DNA of 59,953 bases. Origin: Bacteroidales bacterium (GTDB lineage: Bacteria; Bacteroidota; Bacteroidia; Bacteroidales; 4484-276). Of the stretch, positions 10,037-18,600 are shown in pieces. Position 1 is the first letter of the stretch; each line of letters begins with the position of its first letter. The notes beneath the pieces are model-generated. The model was not told where the DNA came from. It made no database searches and was given only the letters and a program-made list of their open reading frames with translations. The position numbers were made by a program, and so were the translations under genes. The stretch is taken from the NCBI GenBank assembly GCA_029934065.1, contig JAOZMX010000002.1, forward strand, positions 138-60,090, written 5' to 3'.

Positions 10037-10163
10037 AATTCCTTATTTCGGTAATTTATTAGTTGAGGAGCATGCAAAAAATCAAACATTATTTACTATT
10101 GTGATCGGCAAAAACAATGAAATATTGCCGATTGCAACCGGCAAAATCATGCATTTATCAATA

Positions 10164-11468
10164 TCAGATAAACCCGTTCAGCAACTGCTCGAACAGCTCC
10201 TGTTTTCCGCTGATTTGTTTCGGTTCGTTCAACGTTGAAGCAATTTGCCGAAGTTCTTCAAAAGTGAGTTTACCGTTTTCGAACTCCCGTCCTTTTCCCG
10301 AATCGAAAGAGGCATACCGGCGGTTTCTCATTTTCAGGTAATCCGATTCGTTGAGGATGCGATGGGCGGCGATGAGTGCTCGGGCAAAAACGTCCATGCC
10401 GGAAATGTGGGCGATGAAGATGTCTTCCGGATCGGTTGAGTTTCTTCGTGTTTTGGCGTCGAAATTGATGCCGCCGTTGCGGAACCCGCCGGCCTGTAAT
10501 ATTTCGAGCATGGCTTCGGTAACTTCATAAATGTCGGTGGGAAACTCATCGGTGTCCCAGCCGTTTTGGTAATCGCCTTTGTTGGCGTCGATGGAGCCGA
10601 ACAATCCGGCATCGCGTGCCGTGCGCAGCTCGTGGACAAAGGTATGTCCGGCCAGTGTGGCGTGATTCACTTCGATGTTAAGCTTGAAATCGCCGGCCAG
10701 ATCGTATTTGTTCAGAAAACCGATCACCGTGGCCGCATCAAAGTCGTACTGGTGTTTGGTGGGTTCCATGGGTTTGGGTTCGATAAGAAAAGTACCCGTA
10801 AAGCCCTGTTTCCGGCCGTAGTCGCGTGCCATGGAGAGGAACATGGCGAGATGTTCCAGCTCCCGTTTCATGTCGGTGTTGTGCAGGGTCATATATCCTT
10901 CGCGGCCGCCCCAGAAAACATAATTCGTCCCGCCGAGGAAAACGGTCGCGTCGATGGCATTTTTCACCTGCACGGCGGCGTTGGTCAACACATGGAAATC
11001 GGGATTGGTGGCCGCACCGTTCATGTAACGCGGGTTGGAAAAAACGTTGGCCGTCCCCCAAAGCAGTTTTGCACCGGTTTCCTCCTGGTGTTGCTTTAAC
11101 AACGGGAGTATTGTTCCCAGTCGTTTTTCAATTTCGAAAACGCTGCCCTCGCCCACGAGGTCGGTATCGTGGAAACAATAGTACGGGATTCCGGTTTTGT
11201 TTAAAAACTCAAAAGCCGCATCCGCCCTGGATTTGGCTTTATCAAGCGGATCGGAAGGTTTATCCCACGGAAAGTTTTTTGTGCCCGGCCCGAAGGGATC
11301 GCCGCCGGTGCCGCAAAAGGTATGCCAGTAAGCAACGGCAAATTTCAGGTGCTCTTTCATGGTTTTTCCGCCGATGATGCGGTTTTCGTCGTACCATTTA
11401 AAGGCCAGCGGGTTCTTCGAGTCCCGGCCTTCGAAATTTATTTTATGAATTCCTTTAAAATGCTCCAT
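10164..11468 (-). CDS. xylA: Xylose isomerase
   Basis: 434-codon ORF. N-terminus [24 protein letters not shown]...[23 protein letters not shown] and [43 protein letters not shown] are characteristic class II XylA blocks. Confidence 0.95.
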   Translation of the reverse strand: MEHFKGIHKINFEGRDSKNPLAFKWYDENRIIGGKTMKEHLKFAVAYWHTFCGTGGDPFGPGTKNFPWDKPSDPLDKAKSRADAAFEFLNKTGIPYYCFHDTDLVGEGSVFEIEKRLGTILPLLKQHQEETGAKLLWGTANVFSNPRYMNGAATNPDFHVLTNAAVQVKNAIDATVFLGGTNYVFWGGREGYMTLHNTDMKRELEHLAMFLSMARDYGRKQGFTGTFLIEPKPMEPTKHQYDFDAATVIGFLNKYDLAGDFKLNIEVNHATLAGHTFVHELRTARDAGLFGSIDANKGDYQNGWDTDEFPTDIYEVTEAMLEILQAGGFRNGGINFDAKTRRNSTDPEDIFIAHISGMDVFARALIAAHRILNESDYLKMRNRRYASFDSGKGREFENGKLTFEELRQIASTLNEPKQISGKQELFEQLLNGFI

Positions 11469-11498
11469 AATTCGATTTTTATTAAAGTCGGTAAATCA

Positions 11499-13928
11499 TC
11501 ATTTTTTCACTGTAATTGTTTCCCCGGTATATTTCACCGCCATGTCGGAATTTTCTTCCAGAGCAACACCCGTACCGTGATTTTTCATTATCCACACCAC
11601 ATGAAACGTCCTGTTTTTTAACATGCCCGGAAAGGTGCCTTTTCGGGCACCGATGGTCAGCGTTTGGGTTTGCTCGTTCCATGTTACGGGAATTTCGGCA
11701 TAAACACCTTTTTCGTAATTGTAGTTGTCGTTTTCGTCTTCGTAAATCACAAATGAGGCATCTGCACCGGTGTATATCCGCAGTTCGATGGGGTCTTCGG
11801 GTTTTTCCGTTGCATATTGCAGATACGGCCCCATCGGGATGATCGACCCGGCCCTAACGTATATGGGGATGATATCGATGGGTGTCTCTCTCGATATGAC
11901 CTTTCCGCCGGCAATTTTTTCGCCCGTCCAGAAGTCGTACCAGTCGTATCCTGCCGGTAAATAAACACTCCGGCTTTTCACATCCGACAAGCCTTGTTCT
12001 TTCGTTTTGTCCAACGGAAAATATTGCTCCCGGGCAACCGGGCAAATCATCAGCGCCGGGCCGAACATAAACTGATCCCTGATGTCGAAAGTTTCGGGGT
12101 CGCCGGTGAAATCCATTGCAAGACCCCGCATCATTGTGTAATCAGAATGCGTAACCTGCCATGCCAGCGAATAGATGTAGGGCAGGAGGCGGTAGCGCAG
12201 GTTGTCGTATTTGATCAAAGCATCATAAGCCCATTCACCCTTTTTGCCGAAGCGCCAAACCTCTCGGGGTGTATGTGTGCCGTGCGACCGGAAGACAGGA
12301 TTGAAAACTCCGTACTGAAACCATCTGACATAAAACTCGCGATAGGCATCCTGATCACATCCTTCGTACATCCCCGGGCCATGGCCGTGATCGTGACCGT
12401 GCAGGAAAAAGGCACCGATGTCGGTGGTCCAGTACGGAATGCCGGCCATGCAAAAATTAATGCCGGCGGTGATCTGCTCCCTGAACACCTGCCAGTTGGC
12501 ATTAACGTCGCCCGACCAGGTAACGGCGGCATTGCGCTGCTGGCCGGCAAAGGCGGAGCGCGTCAGGATAAAGACCCTCTTATCGGGAAAATCATGCCGC
12601 CAGTGATTGTAAACCCCCGTGGTGGTCATCAGCGAATAGGCATTCAGGTACCTTGCAAAAGTGCCCAGTGCCGTCCGTCCGAATTTTTTGATGTTGGTTT
12701 CGGAGACTTTAAACGTATGCTGGTCGCCCAGCTCCGGCTCGGTACCGTCCATCCAAAGGGCATCCACCCCTTTGTCCATCAATCCGCTTTTGATGTATTT
12801 CCAGTAAATATCACGGGCCTCTTTGTTGAAAGCGTCGTAAAGATAGCCCGAGCTCCAGTGCCGTGCGGGGTAGAGCAGCCCTTTGGCTTTCATTTCCTTG
12901 TAAATAGCCGTTTGCGGGCCCAGCGCCGGCCAGACGGAGATCATAAAATGCATCTTGTATTTTTGATGAACGGTGCGGATGGTAGCTTCCGGATCGGGGT
13001 AGGTGGAGGGATGAAACGACATGGAGCTCCAGTTTTTTTTGGCATTTACCCACACGCTGTCTTTGTCGGTAATGTCGCCCCAGTAGTTCCAGTCCTGCAC
13101 AATGTTGTCGATGGGAATTTTCAACCGGCGGTATTTCTTCACCACCGACATCAGATCGCCGGCATCCACATAACGCTCCTTGCTTTGCCAGTAACCGAAA
13201 GCCCACTTCCCGAACATGGGAGCCCTCCCGGTGATCTTGCGGTAGCCCGAGATGACCGAATCCATGTTTTCGCCGGCAACAAAATAATAATCGATCTTGT
13301 CGCCGACCTCGGACCAAAAAGATGCTCCCGTTTCATCATCCCGGAAAACGGTTTTTGAATAATTGTCCCACAAAATGCCGTAGCCGTGTGTGGAAACCAA
13401 AAAAGGGTTGACGGCAACGGTGTTGGTCTGGATCAACGTATCAACGCTATTGCGCAAATTAGAACGCCCGTTCTGAAGTTGTCCCAGTCCGTAAAGGGCT
13501 TCATCACCTGTCAGTTTCCAGCTTTGCAGCAGATGAAAGATATGCTCACCCATCACCGTGTCGGTGGTGAGTTGCCTGTGCTGTTCACTCAATAGCTTCT
13601 TTCCTGATTTTCCGGCAAAGGTGATATTGCCCGTTTCGATATTAAGCGTGGCCGTTAGAGAATGAGTGGCAACAATAATCTGCTGCCCGTCGCGGCGTGT
13701 GGTGAAATCAACGGGAGTCCAGTGATCCCGTGCTATCAGGCTTTTCCTTCCGGGAAACGAATCAGGAGGAGCGTATTCAACCCTGATGATCTTATCGGTA
13801 CATACCGTGAGTTTCAGGTTGGTGTTATCTTTTTTGAAAATGATGCCGTCCTCGGTTTTTTGGTAATTGCCGGTGCAGGATGCCAGTGCGATCAAAGCAA
13901 AGATCAAAGGCGAAAAGTATTTTTTCAT
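11499..13928 (-). CDS. Glycoside hydrolase family 31 enzyme, probable alpha-xylosidase
   Basis: The ORF track gives 11499-14045. I prefer the ATG at 13928 (MKKYFSPLIFALIALASCTG, signal peptide with lipobox-like Cys) because the longer form overlaps xylB. GH31-type blocks: GVDALWMDGTEPE (nucleophile region WxDxxEP), FILTRSAFAGQQR, WSGDVNANW and PVFRSHG. Alpha-xylosidase specificity is inferred from the xylose operon context. Confidence 0.8.
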   Translation of the reverse strand: MKKYFSPLIFALIALASCTGNYQKTEDGIIFKKDNTNLKLTVCTDKIIRVEYAPPDSFPGRKSLIARDHWTPVDFTTRRDGQQIIVATHSLTATLNIETGNITFAGKSGKKLLSEQHRQLTTDTVMGEHIFHLLQSWKLTGDEALYGLGQLQNGRSNLRNSVDTLIQTNTVAVNPFLVSTHGYGILWDNYSKTVFRDDETGASFWSEVGDKIDYYFVAGENMDSVISGYRKITGRAPMFGKWAFGYWQSKERYVDAGDLMSVVKKYRRLKIPIDNIVQDWNYWGDITDKDSVWVNAKKNWSSMSFHPSTYPDPEATIRTVHQKYKMHFMISVWPALGPQTAIYKEMKAKGLLYPARHWSSGYLYDAFNKEARDIYWKYIKSGLMDKGVDALWMDGTEPELGDQHTFKVSETNIKKFGRTALGTFARYLNAYSLMTTTGVYNHWRHDFPDKRVFILTRSAFAGQQRNAAVTWSGDVNANWQVFREQITAGINFCMAGIPYWTTDIGAFFLHGHDHGHGPGMYEGCDQDAYREFYVRWFQYGVFNPVFRSHGTHTPREVWRFGKKGEWAYDALIKYDNLRYRLLPYIYSLAWQVTHSDYTMMRGLAMDFTGDPETFDIRDQFMFGPALMICPVAREQYFPLDKTKEQGLSDVKSRSVYLPAGYDWYDFWTGEKIAGGKVISRETPIDIIPIYVRAGSIIPMGPYLQYATEKPEDPIELRIYTGADASFVIYEDENDNYNYEKGVYAEIPVTWNEQTQTLTIGARKGTFPGMLKNRTFHVVWIMKNHGTGVALEENSDMAVKYTGETITVKK

Positions 13929-13983
13929 AGAGTTATGGTTTGTATTTTTATTCAATAATTTTTCAACCGGTTCCCCGTAGTGT

Positions 13984-15459
13984 TTATCGAATGAGTGTCT
14001 GAAGCTGTTTTTCCCATCGCTGATAGGCCTCGACAATTTTTTCATCGTATTTCGGGGTGATCATCTTTTCGATTTTCAAATTGGCAAAAGCTTCATCGAA
14101 AGTTTTGTAAACTTTTGCTCCCAGACCTGCACCCCTTGCGGCGCCGGTACTTCCGTCGGTATTGTAAAGTTCAATGACGGTACCGGTGATGGCGGCCAAC
14201 GTTTCTCTGAAAACCGGACTTCTGAACATATTGACATTGCCCGCCCGGATCACCGAAGGATCGGCACCCGTTTGTTTCAGAATATCCATGCCGTATTTGA
14301 AGGCGAAAGCAATGCCCTCGTGTGCGGCTCTGGCAATGTGGTTTCCGGTATGGCGGTTGAGGTCGAGATTCAAAATGCGTGCACCGGGGTTTTTGTTTTG
14401 CAGCATGCGTTCGGCACCGTTACCGAAAGGCAAAACCACAAGGCCGTCGGCGCCGGGAGCAATTCCGGCCATTCCGCTGTTCATTTCTTCATAGCTTGCC
14501 GCTTTGATAAGTTTTTTCAGCCATGCATTCATGATGCCTGTTCCGTTGATGCAAAGCAATACGCCGAGTCTTGGTGTTTCGGAGGTGTGATTCACATGAG
14601 CAAAAGTATTCACCCTCGAAAGCGGGTCGTATTGCAGTTTGTCGCTCACCCCGTAAACAACGCCTGATGTGCCGGCCGTGGCGGCAATGTCGCCGGGGTT
14701 CAAAACGCCGAGCGAAAGGGCGTTGTTGGACTGGTCGCCGGCACGGTAGGTTACGGGAATGCCCGGCGATAGTCCGAGCCCGGCGGCGGCGGGGCGGGTG
14801 AGTTTTCCCTGCGGGCCGAAGGCAGGAACAACATCGGGCAGCAACGATTGCGGTATCCCGAAATATTCAAGTAACGGTTCGCAAATTCGGTTTTCTTTGA
14901 AATCCCAAAATATCCCCTCCGACAATCCGCCCACTGTCGTGTTGATCTCTCCGGTCATTTTCATGGCAATGTAATCGCCCGGAAGCATGATCTTCCGGAT
15001 TTTAGAGAAATTGTCCGGTTCGTTTTCCATCACCCATTTCAGCTTTGAAGCGGTGAAATTCCCGGGAGCGTTCAGGCAGTGTTCCAGACAATATTCACCA
15101 CCCAATTCGCCGAAAGCTTTTTCACCGATCTTCACGGCACGGCTGTCGCACCAGATGATGGCGGGCCGGACGGGTTGCAGGTTGCTGTCCACGGCAACAA
15201 GTCCGTGCATCTGATAAGCTATTCCGATGGCTTTGATTTGCGATTTGTCGAATGCTTGCTTCCTGCGCAATAGTCCTATCGCTTTCTTAATGCTTTCCCA
15301 CCATATTTCGGGGTCTTGCTCCGCCCAGCCGGGCTGTGGCGAGTGAATCTCAAGTTCGGTTTCGGGGTAAACGGCGGAGGAAATTACAATGCCGGTTTCG
15401 CCGTCAAGGAGCGTCGCTTTGACCGAAGAGCTGCCGATATCGAGGCCGAGGAGATGCAT
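13984..15459 (-). CDS. xylB: Xylulokinase (FGGY family)
   Basis: 491-codon ORF with ATG start. N-terminal LGLDIGSSSVKATLLD, later YQMHGLV, and C-terminal GGGA-type region (TDGSTGAARGAGLGA). First gene of the xylose operon. Confidence 0.9.
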   Translation of the reverse strand: MHLLGLDIGSSSVKATLLDGETGIVISSAVYPETELEIHSPQPGWAEQDPEIWWESIKKAIGLLRRKQAFDKSQIKAIGIAYQMHGLVAVDSNLQPVRPAIIWCDSRAVKIGEKAFGELGGEYCLEHCLNAPGNFTASKLKWVMENEPDNFSKIRKIMLPGDYIAMKMTGEINTTVGGLSEGIFWDFKENRICEPLLEYFGIPQSLLPDVVPAFGPQGKLTRPAAAGLGLSPGIPVTYRAGDQSNNALSLGVLNPGDIAATAGTSGVVYGVSDKLQYDPLSRVNTFAHVNHTSETPRLGVLLCINGTGIMNAWLKKLIKAASYEEMNSGMAGIAPGADGLVVLPFGNGAERMLQNKNPGARILNLDLNRHTGNHIARAAHEGIAFAFKYGMDILKQTGADPSVIRAGNVNMFRSPVFRETLAAITGTVIELYNTDGSTGAARGAGLGAKVYKTFDEAFANLKIEKMITPKYDEKIVEAYQRWEKQLQTLIR

Positions 15460-15515
15460 AAGTTGGTCTTGTTAAACAGTGCAATTCAAAAACGCAGGTC
15501 ATCTTTATTTCACGA

Positions 15516-15523
15516 CAAAAGTA
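15516..15523 (-). promoter_or_regulatory. Candidate -7 promoter box for the xylB operon (TACTTTTG on minus strand)
   Basis: Exact TAnnTTTG match 56 nt upstream of the xylB ATG and downstream of the terminator at 15596-15628. Confidence 0.45.
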
Positions 15524-15595
15524 GAAAATGACCGTTACAAAGGAAAAATTATTTTCGGATTCATATCCATGAACATCCATCGGAATAAGAATCAG

Positions 15596-15628
15596 AAAAA
15601 AACCCCGCACCGGCAATCCGGCGCAGGG
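15596..15628 (-). terminator. Rho-independent terminator of the 1751-codon gene
   Basis: On the minus strand, CCCTGCGCCGG-ATTG-CCGGTGCGGGG forms an 11-bp GC-rich stem with two G-U pairs and a 4-nt loop, followed immediately by T7. It lies 47 nt after the stop at 15675. Confidence 0.8.
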
Positions 15629-15674
15629 TTAATGATGGGGTAGCTGAAAAAACTTAATGAGAAAAGTTACAGAT

Positions 15675-18600
15675 TTATTCAACCATCACAGACTGAATAA
15701 AGGTTTTCTGATTACCTGATATCTTTACCATGTACAATCCGGCCGGCTTTCCCGTCAGGTTAACGGATGTATTGCTGTTGGATTGACCGTGGTATATCAA
15801 CTGTCCGGAAGCATTGGTGATTTCTATCGTTGTTTTGTCAACAATGCCGTCAATAAAGAGTATCCCATGTGTTGGACTGGGATAGACACTGATGGTGTAG
15901 CCGGCTGCATCTTCCATTCCGGTTGCCTCTGCTTTGAGGGCGGAGATCACCGAGATACCGTTGACGGCAAAATAGTTTGTTTCACCGGCATAAGCATCAT
16001 ACAACGGAACAAGGACAAATGTCTCACCGGTGGCGGGTCTGTAAAGACGCAAGGTCATCGGTTCGCCCGGTGTGAGGCCGTCGTTTGCTGCAGTGCCCGG
16101 ATCGTCGCCGAAAGCGGTGATGGAAATGCTTCCGCCGGTGTACTGTGCAAAGCCGCAACATGTATTTTCACTGTTGAACACCCCGATCCGGTCGCCCGGG
16201 AGCAGTGTTCCGGCAGCTACGTTTTCGGGAAGGGCAATCACATGGGAGGTGGGTGAATAGACCGGTTCCGGCCAGGGATCGGTATTTTCGGGACGCAGGG
16301 CATTGGCCTGCCCGGCACCCGATTTCTGACAAACACTGAAAGTGATCTCACAGGGCTCGTTCACTTTGATCAGGTATGCCAGTCCCGGCTCCAGTGTATT
16401 CAAGGTGGTGATGCCGTACTGGGGCCAGTAAACCCTTGTACCGGCAATATCTTTTACGATGTCCAGTTTGGAGTTGATCGGTGAAAAAACATCATCGGCA
16501 GCCACCGGGCAATGATCGAGCACGGGCAGATAATACCATCCCGGATTGAGATTAATACTTAAATCGTCAGGATGCAATCCGTCGAATTCAACGGTAGCCG
16601 CTTCCGTAAGTTTGATCTGTGCACCTAAATAAGTATTCCATTCTCCGTTGCTGTAGGTGTTGATCCCTTGTGCGGGCCAGTACATCTGTTCAAAATCATT
16701 GACGATGATCAGTTGAGAATTTATATACTGGAATATTTTCTCCACTTCGGCGTCCCAAACGTCGAGATAGGTGGAAAGTCCGCTCCATCCCGCAGGAATA
16801 TTAACGATTTGAGCATCGAGAACGATCAGATTGATGACATCGGTTTCGGCAATGCCGCAATTGTTTTCCACGTCGCACCAATATTCACCGGCATCATCAA
16901 GAGACAAAGAGGGGATGGTATAAGTATTTGCCGCACTTGTGTAAACCGGTTCGCCATCGTGATACCATGTGTAAGTAAGGGGTTCGGTACCGGTGGCGTC
17001 CACAAAGAACGTAAACTGGCTGTTCACGACACGTGCGTCATCCTGCGTTTGAGCAGTGATGACGGGTGCATAATCCACCTCAACGGGAATGGCTCCGGTC
17101 ATCATGTTTTCGCAATTTGTCGTTGCGTTGATCCCTTTCACGGTATAAGTTCCCGAGAGCGGAGTAGTGTAAAATTCGAGGTAGCTTCCCGTTCCGGCCA
17201 GCACATCACCCGTAAGGACGCCGTCGCGCATCAGGTAGTAATCCACACCGACCTCCGAGTTGGCGACCTCCACGATGGCTGCCAATACCCCATCGCAAAA
17301 ATGGCCGCCGAGGGTAAGCACGTAAGGAATGGGCAGCGGATTGACGGTAACGGTAACGTCGTCGGTTTCCCAGCAGCCGTTGCCGTCGGTGACGGTAAGG
17401 GTGTAGGTGGTTGTCTCGTCGGGATTGGCAGTGGGGTTGGCAATGCCGGGATCGCTCAATCCGGTGGCAGGCGTCCATGAATAGACGTAGCCGGGTTCGC
17501 CGCCCGAAGCACTGCCTTGCAGTACCGTGGAGCTGCCGTAACAAATTGCTTCGTCATCGCCGGCATCGGCATACAACTGCGGATATTGCTGTACAAAAAC
17601 CTGCGCCTCTCCCCTGCAACCGATGGAGTCGGTGATGGTTACGGTGTAAAGTGTCGGTACCGACGGATTGGCCAGCGGGTTGGCAATGGTGGGATCGCTC
17701 AACCCGGTTGCCGGCGACCAACTGTAGGTGAACGGATCGTTGCCTGTCAGGGGTGTTGCTTCGATCATGACCGATTCGTACTGGCAGAACCATGCTTCGG
17801 AAACCAGGTCGATCTCCACCGGTGTGCAAACACGGATGATGCGGGATGAGCCCTCATTGGTCTCGCACTGGTAAAACCCCCGTTCGTTGGCGGTAATGGA
17901 TGCAAAATTTAGTGTCGAACCCGTGGCACCTGTAATTTCCAAACCGTTTTTATACCACTGGTAACCGCCGGTTCCCAACATTGCCCAGAACTCCGACGGT
18001 GTGTTGACAGCATTGTCGTTCAAGATGTAGATGTCCTGATCGTCTTCCCCTTTCCAGTAATTTTTCCTGATTTCCCAAATGCCGTCGTTATAAACATGTC
18101 CCAATATTTCAGCATCCAGCTTGTAATTATCGCCGGGATGATTGATCACCGAGCCGTTATTTTCAAAAACACCCTCAAACCATTGGGTTGGATAACTGTT
18201 GATAACATCATCATTTTGCATGATGCCGTTTAATATACAGTCGGTAAATGTATTGGGCCTCAAATCAACTGTTCCGCTGATGGAGAGATGGTCGAAAATT
18301 GTTGTGTTGAGCGTACATTTTCCGGTGCAGACCACATCGGCATACTCCTCTCCTTCGCAAGTAACGATCGCATTTTTTATTGTACAGCCGTTGATATCCA
18401 GCAGGCCGAATTCCGGGAGATAGAGGTTTCGCCCACCGAAATCCAGCACGGCATTCAACAGATAGAGTTCGTTTTCCACGGTAACATCTCCCCCTTTGGT
18501 GCCGATTAATATATCGTCAATCTCAAAGGGATTACCGTTTTGCGATTCGATATAATGCATGTCATCACCGTTGAAGACAAGACTTTCGGTTTTCCATTCC

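Noticed and set aside
8819-10054. 411-codon plus-strand ORF overlapping the xylE-like transporter gene
   Set aside because: It is antisense to a 12-TM sugar porter with canonical motifs. Its translation is rich in H/R/G/D and featureless.
11994-13358. 454-codon plus-strand ORF overlapping the GH31 gene
   Set aside because: It is antisense to a CDS with GH31 blocks, and I recognised no motif in it. Shadow ORF.
13929-14045. Longer N-terminal extension of the GH31 ORF (start at 14045)
   Set aside because: The extension overlaps the 3' end of xylB by 62 nt and precedes a perfectly good signal peptide that begins at the ATG at 13928.
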